Origin: Polyangiales bacterium
GTDB taxonomy: Bacteria; Myxococcota_A; Polyangia; Polyangiales; Polyangiaceae
Reading direction: 5' to 3'
DNA length: 64,000 nt
Assembly (NCBI GenBank): GCA_038231275.1
Contig: JBBRLQ010000001.1
Location: 352,001 to 416,000, forward strand
Shown: positions 18,055-26,725 of the stretch, in pieces
How positions within the stretch are numbered: the first letter of the stretch is position 1
Layout of the letters: the number at the start of each line of letters is the position of its first letter
Notes under the pieces: generated by a model
Told to the model about the DNA's origin: nothing
Databases searched by the model: none
The model's input: only the letters and a program-made list of their open reading frames with translations
Position numbers and translations under genes: made by a program

Positions 18055-18789
18055 TCAAAAGGTGTACCGAAGCGCCAGCGCGGCGTCGATCATGAGCGGT
18101 GTGTCGCTCACCGCGCCGGTCTTGGCGAAACCCTTCGCGTCACGAATGCCGCCGCCGACGCCGAGCGCGAGGTGGCGGTCGACCATGTACCACTCGACGC
18201 CGATGCGCGCGCCGAGGTAGAGGCCGAGCGACTCGGCGTCCTTGAAGCCGAGGTACGCGAACGCGCTCTTCGCGATGTCCGCCTTCATCGCGCCGAGGCT
18301 GCCTTGCCCGTAGAGCGCGACGCGCTCGCTCACGTGCACCGTGAGCCGCGCGCCGCCGCCGAAGCCGTAAATGGGAAACGCGCGCGCCTTCGAGGGATCT
18401 TGCGCGACGGACGTGTCGGTCAGCGCGATCTCGCCTTCGCCGAAGAGGAGCAGCCACTTGAAGAGCTCGTAGCCGGCGTCGACCTGAAACCACGGCGCGG
18501 TCGGCGCGACCTGACGGAAGCGCCCCAAAAAAGCGAGCGCGCCGATGCGCGACTCGACGACGATCCCTTTTTTCCGCGGGATCGGCGGCGGTGCGTCCTC
18601 CTCTTGAGGCGCGGCGGGCACGGCAGCTGTGGGAGACGACGGAGACGGGTTCGCGTCGGCCTTCACCGCGGCCTCGATCTGCTCCTCCGTCGGCGCGGGC
18701 GCAGGCTCCGCGGCGCGCGCGCGCGAGGTGAAGGCCGTCGCGAAGAGCGACGCCGCGAGGAGGACGGCACGGGCCACACCGACGCGCAT
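18055..18789 (-). CDS. Small outer-membrane beta-barrel protein (possibly CglE-like)
   Basis: Signal peptide (ARA-AE), Pro linker, about 8 amphipathic strands, terminal LRYTF. Confidence 0.7.
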   Translation of the reverse strand: MRVGVARAVLLAASLFATAFTSRARAAEPAPAPTEEQIEAAVKADANPSPSSPTAAVPAAPQEEDAPPPIPRKKGIVVESRIGALAFLGRFRQVAPTAPWFQVDAGYELFKWLLLFGEGEIALTDTSVAQDPSKARAFPIYGFGGGARLTVHVSERVALYGQGSLGAMKADIAKSAFAYLGFKDAESLGLYLGARIGVEWYMVDRHLALGVGGGIRDAKGFAKTGAVSDTPLMIDAALALRYTF

Positions 18790-18811
18790 CACGCCGAGGA
18801 TACCGAAGAAG

Positions 18812-19579
18812 CTACTTGAGCAGCCACCCGAACAGCATGTGCTTCGTCGTTTGCCGGGAAACCTGGGCGATCGAGTCGACCAGCGGGATCTCCTTCGGGC
18901 AGACCTCGACGCAGTTCTGCGCCTTGCCGCACCCGTCGACGCCGCCCTCGTCCATCAAGGCCTCGAGGCGCTCGGCCGCGTGCATCTTGCCGCTCGGGTG
19001 CAGGTTGAAGAGGCGCACCTGGTTGATCGCCGCGGGGCCGATGAACGTCGAGCGCGCGTTCACCTGCGGGCACGCCTCGAGGCAGCAGCCGCACGTCATG
19101 CAGCGCGAGAGCGGGTACGCCTCCTCCTGGTTCTCCTGCGACTGGCGAGGACCGGGGCCGAGCTCGTGCGAGCCGTCGAGGTTGACCCACGCCTTCACGC
19201 GCTTCAGGTCCTCGAACATGCGCGATCGATCGACGGCGAGATCGCGCACGAGCGGGAACTTCGTCATCGGCTCGAGCGTGATGGTCTGCCCTTCGGGCGC
19301 GATCTGATCGACGAGCGCGGTGCACGACTGGCGCACGCGGCCGTTCACGAGCATCGTGCACGCGCCGCACACCTCTTCGAGGCAGCTCGCCTCCCACACC
19401 ACCGGCGCGACCTTCGTGCCGTCGGCGGTGACGGGGTGACGCTGGATGTGCATGAGCGCGCTGATGACGTTCATTTGCGGGAGCCACGGGACGGTGAACT
19501 CTTCCCAACGGCGCGTGCTCGGATCGTCGGGGCCGTCCTGGCGGCGGATTTTCAGGCGAACGGTGCGTTCGATGGCCAT
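18812..19579 (-). CDS. sdhB: Succinate dehydrogenase iron-sulfur subunit
   Basis: CLEEVCGAC, CMTCGCCLEACP and CGKAQNCVEVCP cluster motifs. Confidence 0.97.
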   Translation of the reverse strand: MAIERTVRLKIRRQDGPDDPSTRRWEEFTVPWLPQMNVISALMHIQRHPVTADGTKVAPVVWEASCLEEVCGACTMLVNGRVRQSCTALVDQIAPEGQTITLEPMTKFPLVRDLAVDRSRMFEDLKRVKAWVNLDGSHELGPGPRQSQENQEEAYPLSRCMTCGCCLEACPQVNARSTFIGPAAINQVRLFNLHPSGKMHAAERLEALMDEGGVDGCGKAQNCVEVCPKEIPLVDSIAQVSRQTTKHMLFGWLLK

Positions 19580-19609
19580 CGCGATCTCCAGGCTCCTTCT
19601 TCGAGTCCG

Positions 19610-21688
19610 CTACTCGGCGTTGGACGAGCTCTCGCCGCTCGTGGCAGGCGCGCCCGCCTTCACCGGAACGGACGTGCCGCCCTTTGTAGTGCCGCTCGTG
19701 GCGCTCGCGGCGCTCGCGGCGCCCGCTTGTTCGTAGCGTCGCGGGCGCGGCTTGACCAGGCTGATGTCGACCTCGTCCGTCGCGTGGATCGACTTGCCGC
19801 AGAGGCCGTAGTCGAGCGACCGCACGTATTTCACCGTCGCGCGGTCGCCGTCGCCGCCCTCGTGGAGTGCCATCGTCGTCCGTAGCCAGTTCTTGTCGTC
19901 GCGCTCCTTGAAGGCGGGCTTGAAGTGCGCGCCGCGCGACTCGTCGCGGTTCTTGGCGCCTTGCGCGATGACGCGCGCGACGATCAGCATATTGTTCAAG
20001 TGCCGGACGAACTGCGCTCCTTGGTTGGCGCGCGTATGCGTGTCGGTCACGCCGATCTTCGTGGCGCGATCGCTGAGCTCGTCGATCTTGGCGATGACGC
20101 GCGTGAGCTCGACGTTGTCGCGCTCGACCGTGCAGCCCTCGAGCATCGTGCGACCGAGCTCTTCGTGAAGGACGTACGCGTTCTCGTCGCCGCTCATCTT
20201 CAGGATGGCCTCGTACTTCGCGCGCTCGCCCTTCTCGGCCTTCTCGAAGAGCGACGTCGGCAAGTCCCACGCGCTCTTGGCGACGTTCTTGCGGTACGAC
20301 GCCATCGCCGGACCGGTGACGAGCCCCGCGTAGATGCACGACAGGAGCGAGTTGGCGCCGAGCCGATTTGCGCCGTGGTACTGGTAGTCGCACTCGCCGG
20401 CGGCGTAGAGGCCCTCGAGGTTCGTCGCCTGATTGCGCGGCGAGCCCTTCACGAGCGAGCCGTCGGCCGTGCGCTCGAAGTCGACCCACAGGCCGCCCAT
20501 CGAGTAGTGCACCGCCGGAAAGACGCGCATCGGGCTCGTGTACGGATCCTCGCCGACGAACTTTTCGTAGATCTCGAGGACGCCCGCGAGCTTCTTGCGA
20601 AGGAGATCCGACGGCAGGTGGGAGACGTCGAGGTAGACCTCGTTCTCGTTCTTGCCGCTCTTCGGGTTGTAGACGCCGCGCTTTTCGTGGAAGCACTTCT
20701 TGAAGAGCTCGCGGCTCGCGATGTCGCGCGGGACGAGGTTGCCGTAGCCCGGGTATTTGTCCTCGAGGAAGTAGTCGCGGTCGCCCTCGGGCACGTCGCG
20801 GCCGGCGCGGCCTTCTTTGCCGTCGCGCGGCACCCACACGCGGCCGCCTTCGCCGCGCACGCTCTCCGAGATGAGGCGGAGCTTGTCGGCGCCGGGGATG
20901 GCGGTCGGGTGGACCTGAATGCACTCGCCGTTCGCGTAACAGGCGCCTTGTTGGTAGACGGCGCTCGCGGCGGTGCCGGTGTTGATGACGCTGTTGGTCG
21001 AGCGGCCGAAGATGATCCCGGACCCGCCCGTCGCGAGGCAGACACAGTCGCCGGGGAACGCCTTCACGAGCATCGACTTCAAGTCCTGTGCGACGATGCC
21101 GCGCACGATGCCGCCATCGTCTTTTACCACCGAGAGGAAATCCCAGAACTCGAATTTGCGGACCATGCGCTCGCCGGGGACGACGATGCCTTTGTCGTCC
21201 TCGACCTCGAGCGTCTCGTAGCGGCGGACCTGCTCATCGAGCGCGTAGAGGAGCTGCTGGCCGGTCGTCGCGCCCGCGAACGCGGTGCGATGGAAGAGCG
21301 TGCCGCCGAAGCGGCGGAAATCGAGGAGCCCCTCCGGCGTGCGATTGAAGGGGACGCCCATGCGGTCGAGCATGAAGACGATCCCGGGCGCCGCGTCGGC
21401 CATTCCCTTTACGGGCGGCTGATTCGCGAGGAAATCGCCGCCGTAGACCGTCTCTTCGAGATGGACCTGCGGCGAGTCACCCTCGCCCTTGGTGTTGACG
21501 CTCGCGTTGATGCCGCCCTGCGCGCACACCGAGTGCGAGCGCTTCACGGGGACGAGCGAGAAGAGATCCACGGGGACGCCGGCCTCGCAGAGCTTGATGA
21601 CGGTGGTGAGGCCCGCGAGGCCGCCGCCGACGACGATGACCCGCCGGACTTTGCCCGAGTCGCTGTAGGTGACGCTTTTCTGGGCCAT
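19610..21688 (-). CDS. sdhA: Succinate dehydrogenase flavoprotein subunit
   Basis: VGGGLAG, RSHSVCAQGGIN covalent-FAD His, QVHPT, SESVRGEG, VHYSMGG, HGANRLGANSL, ESRGAH. Confidence 0.97.
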   Translation of the reverse strand: MAQKSVTYSDSGKVRRVIVVGGGLAGLTTVIKLCEAGVPVDLFSLVPVKRSHSVCAQGGINASVNTKGEGDSPQVHLEETVYGGDFLANQPPVKGMADAAPGIVFMLDRMGVPFNRTPEGLLDFRRFGGTLFHRTAFAGATTGQQLLYALDEQVRRYETLEVEDDKGIVVPGERMVRKFEFWDFLSVVKDDGGIVRGIVAQDLKSMLVKAFPGDCVCLATGGSGIIFGRSTNSVINTGTAASAVYQQGACYANGECIQVHPTAIPGADKLRLISESVRGEGGRVWVPRDGKEGRAGRDVPEGDRDYFLEDKYPGYGNLVPRDIASRELFKKCFHEKRGVYNPKSGKNENEVYLDVSHLPSDLLRKKLAGVLEIYEKFVGEDPYTSPMRVFPAVHYSMGGLWVDFERTADGSLVKGSPRNQATNLEGLYAAGECDYQYHGANRLGANSLLSCIYAGLVTGPAMASYRKNVAKSAWDLPTSLFEKAEKGERAKYEAILKMSGDENAYVLHEELGRTMLEGCTVERDNVELTRVIAKIDELSDRATKIGVTDTHTRANQGAQFVRHLNNMLIVARVIAQGAKNRDESRGAHFKPAFKERDDKNWLRTTMALHEGGDGDRATVKYVRSLDYGLCGKSIHATDEVDISLVKPRPRRYEQAGAASAASATSGTTKGGTSVPVKAGAPATSGESSSNAE

Positions 21689-21704
21689 GGCTTCGTCCCT
21701 CGGA

Positions 21705-22499
21705 TCAGTGGGAGGCAGAAGGAGCGGGCGCCGCGGACGGTGCAGGCGGCGCGGATGGTGTAGGCGCCGCGGCCGCGGGCTCTTCGACCGGGAGCGGCGG
21801 GGCGGGGCACACAGGAGACTCCGGCGACGAGACGAAGAGCGGCGAGCCGGTCGCCAGCGCGACGACGGTCGCCGACGAGAGCGTGAAGAGCGCGGTGCCC
21901 GCGAGACCGAGACCGAACGCCAGGCGACGCTTCCCCTCGACGGTCGCCGCGCGTTTGGTGCGCACGAGGTAGCCCCACGTGCCGGCGGCGAAATGGATCG
22001 TCGTCGCCGCGAGACCCACCAAGTAGAAGAGGGCGTTCCAAGGGATGAGCACCCCGGCGGCGCTGCTCGTCCCCGACGACAGGTACGACGCGAGGAACGT
22101 GTGCTTGCTCACCGCGTCGATCCCCTGCGCGTGCTGCGACAAGTCCATCACGTACGCGTGGTACGCGATGAAGACGAGCGCGGCCCACGCCGAGCCACGC
22201 ACGAGCAGGCGCCAATTGGCCGCGTACGGCGAGTCGGCGGGCGGGCGACCCGGCCGCACGAGGAGCACGACCCCGTAGAGCGCGTGGAACGTGAGCGGCA
22301 CGTAGACGAGCACGATCTCGAGCAGCGAAATGAACGAGATCGACAGGCCCCACCGCGCTACACGCGCGATCGCCTCTTGCCCCGCGAGCGCGCGCGACTG
22401 GATGAGCACGTGCACGATCACGAAGATCCCCATCGGCACGACGCCCGAGAGGGCGTGCAGCTCACGTGCGCGCGAAGGTTCGTCGGCGGCGGCGGTCAC
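21705..22499 (-). CDS. sdhC: Succinate dehydrogenase cytochrome b558 subunit (di-heme, Bacillus type), divergent
   Basis: First gene of the sdh cluster, 5 TM, LHALSGVVP and four TM His (IVH, TFH, AYH, TIH). Confidence 0.8.
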   Translation of the reverse strand: MTAAADEPSRARELHALSGVVPMGIFVIVHVLIQSRALAGQEAIARVARWGLSISFISLLEIVLVYVPLTFHALYGVVLLVRPGRPPADSPYAANWRLLVRGSAWAALVFIAYHAYVMDLSQHAQGIDAVSKHTFLASYLSSGTSSAAGVLIPWNALFYLVGLAATTIHFAAGTWGYLVRTKRAATVEGKRRLAFGLGLAGTALFTLSSATVVALATGSPLFVSSPESPVCPAPPLPVEEPAAAAPTPSAPPAPSAAPAPSASH

Positions 22500-22524
22500 G
22501 GTAGGCTAAGCCTGTAGGGGATAC

Positions 22525-24420
22525 GTGAGTCGGTCGTCAAGCCGCGAGCGCGCCAAAAAGGCTTTTCTTTACGTGCTTTTTTGCGCGGGGCTGTCGTGTG
22601 CCGCCAGCGCGGCGTGTGGGGGCGGAGGCAGTGAAGCGCGGCCCGTGGCGAGCCTCGCGACGTCTCCCGCTGCAACCAAGGCGTTCGCGTCCATCCAGCG
22701 TGCGTTCGACGCCGCCGACGGATCGACGCCGGGCGCCCTTCGGCTCAAGCTCGAGGCGTTCCTCGCCGAGTTCCCGAAGGACGGCCGCGCGCAGCTCGCC
22801 CGCGCGTACTTGGCCCTCGAGCACACCGACGTCGGCGACTGGGCAGCGGCCGAGAAGGTGCTGGCGACGCTTCGGAGCGTCCCACCGGGGACCACCCGAG
22901 ACGTGGTGACGGTGGCCGAGGCGCGGATGCTCCGCCACGAAAGAGAGCCCGACGCCGCCCTCGACGTGCTTCGGCCGCTCGTCGGCAAGATCGTCGACGC
23001 GACGGTGCGAGAGCTCTTCGTGGAGGAGATCACGCGCGCAGCGCTCGAGGCGCACCGCGACTTCGAGGCGGTCGCATACATGGACGCGTGGCTGCGCGGC
23101 GTCGGCGAGGACAAGCGCGAGCGGGCGCTGGTCAAGCTGGAGGTGGAGCTCGCGAAGCTCCCCGAGGCCGTGCTCGAGCAGTCGTACCGGGCCATGCGCG
23201 CGAACCACACCGTGCTCGGCTACGGCGCCGACACGCAGCGCCTCATCGCCGAGCGCATGGCCGCGACCGCCATCGCGCGCGGCGATCCGACGCTCGCGCG
23301 GTGGCTCCTCGACGGAGACGCCGGTCCCACGTTCGTCGGCGGAGACGCGGGCGTCGCGCTCGGCGAGATCGCGACGAGCAAGCGCGGGCTGACGAGCTTC
23401 GCGGGCCGCACCGTGGGCCTGCTCCTCCCCACGGCGTCGGTCGATCTGCGCGACGAGGCCGCCGACGTGGCGCGCGGCGTCGCGTGGGCGCTCGGCCTCC
23501 CGCGCATGGATCCGACGACGAGCGACGGCGTCCACTTGGTGACGCGCGACGACGGCGGCGACGCGGCGCGCACCGAGGCGGCGCTGGAGGAGCTCGCGGG
23601 GGAAGGCGCGGGCGTCATCCTCGCGGCGCTCGACGCACGCACCGCCGATCGCGCGCTCGCGTGGGGGGAGGTGCACCAGATCGCGGTCGTCGTGCTCTCG
23701 GCACCCGAGCGCGTGCACGGTGGTGATTGGGGCTTCGTGCTCGGCCAATCGCGCGACGAGGAGCTCGCGGCGATCGCGGACGAGCTCGCCGCGCGCAACA
23801 TCGCGAGGGCGGCGGTGGTGGGCTCGGCGCCGACGCCGATCCTCGAAGGGCGAGGATTTCCGCTCTTTCTGCCGCTCGTGGGGTGCGACGTGGAGGCGCA
23901 GCAGGCCGGCGAGCCACGATTTCCGCTGGCGAGTTGGTCGAAGCAAGGCGTGCGCGTCGTCGTGGTCGCGGGTCCCGTCGAGTGCGCGCGCGACGTCATC
24001 CGCGAGCTCGGCGCGAGCCACAAGCCCGCGACCGTGGCCCTGACGCTGGACGACGGATCCACGACCGCGCGCGCGCCCGGCGTCTCGCTCCTCGCGGCCA
24101 CGGCTGGCGTGGTGCCGGTGCTCGCCGCGCGCGCCGCCGACGTCCCGCAGCCCGACGTCCGCGCCTACATGACCCAGTTCGGCGCGCGCCCGAGCTGGTG
24201 GACGGCGCTCGGACGTGACGGCGGCGCGCTGGCCCGCGCCGCGATCCTGGCGTTGCCCCTGGACACGCTCGCCGATCCCGCGGCGGTCGGGCAGAGGCGC
24301 GCGCTCGTTCAATTCCGCATGGCCACGGCGACCTCACCGCTCTGGACGACCGAGGCGACGGGCTTCGCCGGCGCGCACATGATCAAGCGCAAGGTGCGCG
24401 TCGTCGACCTCCCGCGCTAG
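22525..24420 (+). CDS. LpoA-like lipoprotein (TPR-like N-terminus plus type I periplasmic-binding fold)
   Basis: Signal with Cys, helical repeats, TVGLLLP...LVTRDDGG...ALGRDG pattern. Confidence 0.65.
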   Translation: MSRSSSRERAKKAFLYVLFCAGLSCAASAACGGGGSEARPVASLATSPAATKAFASIQRAFDAADGSTPGALRLKLEAFLAEFPKDGRAQLARAYLALEHTDVGDWAAAEKVLATLRSVPPGTTRDVVTVAEARMLRHEREPDAALDVLRPLVGKIVDATVRELFVEEITRAALEAHRDFEAVAYMDAWLRGVGEDKRERALVKLEVELAKLPEAVLEQSYRAMRANHTVLGYGADTQRLIAERMAATAIARGDPTLARWLLDGDAGPTFVGGDAGVALGEIATSKRGLTSFAGRTVGLLLPTASVDLRDEAADVARGVAWALGLPRMDPTTSDGVHLVTRDDGGDAARTEAALEELAGEGAGVILAALDARTADRALAWGEVHQIAVVVLSAPERVHGGDWGFVLGQSRDEELAAIADELAARNIARAAVVGSAPTPILEGRGFPLFLPLVGCDVEAQQAGEPRFPLASWSKQGVRVVVVAGPVECARDVIRELGASHKPATVALTLDDGSTTARAPGVSLLAATAGVVPVLAARAADVPQPDVRAYMTQFGARPSWWTALGRDGGALARAAILALPLDTLADPAAVGQRRALVQFRMATATSPLWTTEATGFAGAHMIKRKVRVVDLPR

Positions 24421-24549
24421 GAGCCTCTGCCGCGGTAGGCCGCGACGTCACGCGTGACGGATTGCGCAGGTGCCCACGTCGCGCAATCCGCCTGCCTCTT
24501 GCGCAAGCAAAATTCCCCGTAAAATGCAGGCGCCGAGGCCTCACGGCGG

Positions 24550-24565
24550 CGGCATGTCCGTTGCT
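24550..24565 (+). promoter_or_regulatory. Putative sigma54 promoter upstream of the Ser/Thr kinase
   Basis: CGGCATG-TCCG-TTGCT with exact GG-N10-GC spacing, about 45 nt before ATG 24610. Confidence 0.5.
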
Positions 24566-24609
24566 TTATCCCGTCGCGGAGGCCAGCGGTGGGATTGCCT
24601 GCGATTGCC

Positions 24610-26156
24610 ATGAACGGAATGACGAGCGCAAAACGCAGTCGGCGCGTCGGCCACTACGAGCTGCTCGCGCCGATCGCGCGGGGCGGAATGGCGACCGTCT
24701 ACCTGGCGCAGCGTGTCGGACCCGGAGGGTTCGCGCGTGTCTTCGTTGCCAAGCGCCTCCACGCGCACCTCGCGGAGGATCCCGAGTTCGTCACGATGTT
24801 CATGGACGAGGCGCGCATCGGCTCGAGCCTCCAGAACGTCAATGTGGTCCCGGTCCTCGACGTCGCGCGCGCGGGCGAGGACGCGGTGCTCGTCCTCGAG
24901 TACGTCCACGGCGTCTCACTCGACGTGCTGCTCTCCGACGTCTCCGGGCTCATGGGCTCGTTCCCGGTGCCGATCGCGCTGGCGATCATCAACGGTGTCC
25001 TCGCGGGCCTCCAGGCCGCGCACGACGCGGTCGATCACCGCGGGGAGTCACTCCAGCTCGTTCATCGCGACGTCTCGCCGCAGAACGTGATCGTCAGCGC
25101 CGAAGGCGTGCCGCGCCTCATCGATTTCGGGATCGCGAAGGCGACGTCGAGCTCCCACGTCACGCGCGTCGGCTTCTTCAAGGGGAAGCTGGCGTACATG
25201 ACGCCGGAGCAGCTCCGCGAAGGACGCGTCACGCGCGCGGTCGACATCTACGCCGCGGGTGTCCTTCTGTGGGAGATGCTCGCGGGCCGCCGCCCGTTCG
25301 AGCACCGCGAGGGCGCACTTGGTCGAGGCGAGTCCGCGCCGGTGCCGCCGCTCGGCGAGGTCATCGCGGCCGAGCAGGGCTTCGTCTCCGCAGAACGTCG
25401 CCGCCAGCTCGAGCTCCTCGAGCCGATCGTCGCGCGCGCCGTCCACCCGTCGCCCTCCGAGCGCTTCGCGACGGCCGCCGAAATGAGCGCGGCCCTCACG
25501 GCGGTGGCCCGAAGCGTGACGACCCTCGAGCTCGGCGCTTGGGTCCGTGACGTCGGCGCCGCACACCTCGAAGAGCTCCGGACAACCCTCGCCGTCGCCC
25601 AAGGCACCGCCTTCCATCGGCGCGCCTCCTCGCCCGAGATGGAGTCCCCGCAGAGCGCGCGAACGAGCGAGATCGTACCGCGCACCACCGAATCAGACCT
25701 CGACTCCTGGTCCGCTCGGCGACGCACTCCCGCGCTCACGGCAGCGTTGGTGCTGCTCGCCGCGGCCTTCTTCACGCTCGCCGCCGTGCTCGTCGTCTCA
25801 CGATCCTCGCATGTGCAACGGGTCGACGCGACGCGCCCGTCCGCGCCACGGCTCGCCGGCACGCCGGAGACGACGCTCGCCACCTCCAGGTCCACCACAA
25901 CGAGCGCGACGCTGCCGCCCGCTGCAACCACGATCGACGTCGGCGCACACCTCGCGACCCCACCGCCCACCGGCCCCGCGCCCACCGCCGCCGCGACCCC
26001 CGACGTCCCGCGCGTTCATTGGCACCGCGCTGCCTCGCCCCAGCGCACGGACGCTCCGCCCTCCACCCCACCGCCCGCAGCAAGCCACCCTCGCCGTGCG
26101 ACACGCCCTTTTACATGGAAGGCACGCGCAAGGTCTTCAAACCCGAGTGCCTATAA
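24610..26156 (+). CDS. Membrane Ser/Thr protein kinase with apparent 1-nt frameshift near 26080 (as read, the ORF runs to 26457)
   Basis: IARGGMATVY, VAK, HRDVSPQN, DFGIAK, YMTPEQ, TM, Pro/Thr linker. Alternate frame KPPSPCDTPFYMEGTRKVFKPECL ends TAA 26154-26156. Confidence 0.85.
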
Positions 26157-26205
26157 CCCCTCTCGCCGAGAACGTGGCGTCGCAGCGCGCGCGGCCATCT
26201 TCCGC

Positions 26206-26721
26206 TCAGGCCAAGGTAAGGAGACCACGCTCGACGAGCTCCTGCGTGGTCATCGGCTCATAGCGCTCACCCGGCGTCCAGCCCGGTGGCTCGCTTTCCG
26301 TGTACCCACAAAAGTCACACATGCGGATGGTCGCGCCGTTCTGTGCACTCTTCAGCAATCGCAAGTCGTCCGTCGAGCACCGTGGACACCGTCTCTGTGT
26401 CTGCAAGACGATGGTTTGCCACAACACGTCTCGAATTCGCATCGCGAGCGCATCTAGCGAGGAAGGCTTCACGTCACGAAATCTTCGGAGCGTGACCAAA
26501 GGGTCCACGTCTGCCTTCGCTACTGGAAATTGCGAGACGTCCAGCGCGGACAGCTGCCTCAGGCCATACACTTCCGCCGCCACTCCGAGCGAATCGAGAT
26601 GGCTGTGGGTCCAACGCGCAAGGGTCGCCACGAGGGCTTCCAAGTCGCCCTCCGGAACCTGCGCGAGAACCCCGACCAGACGGGTGTGCAATGACCTCGC
26701 AGCCATGCTTTCTTTTGCCAT
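26206..26721 (-). CDS. Candidate Rhs immunity protein with Zn-ribbon (CPRC...CDFC)
   Basis: Small low-GC ORF starting 4 nt after the Rhs stop on the same strand. Confidence 0.7.
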   Translation of the reverse strand: MAKESMAARSLHTRLVGVLAQVPEGDLEALVATLARWTHSHLDSLGVAAEVYGLRQLSALDVSQFPVAKADVDPLVTLRRFRDVKPSSLDALAMRIRDVLWQTIVLQTQRRCPRCSTDDLRLLKSAQNGATIRMCDFCGYTESEPPGWTPGERYEPMTTQELVERGLLTLA

Positions 26722-26725
26722 TCAG

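Noticed and set aside
26157-26457. Genuine 250-nt antisense overlap between kinase and immunity gene
   Set aside because: Better explained by the frameshift near 26080. The extension has atypical codons and no motif.
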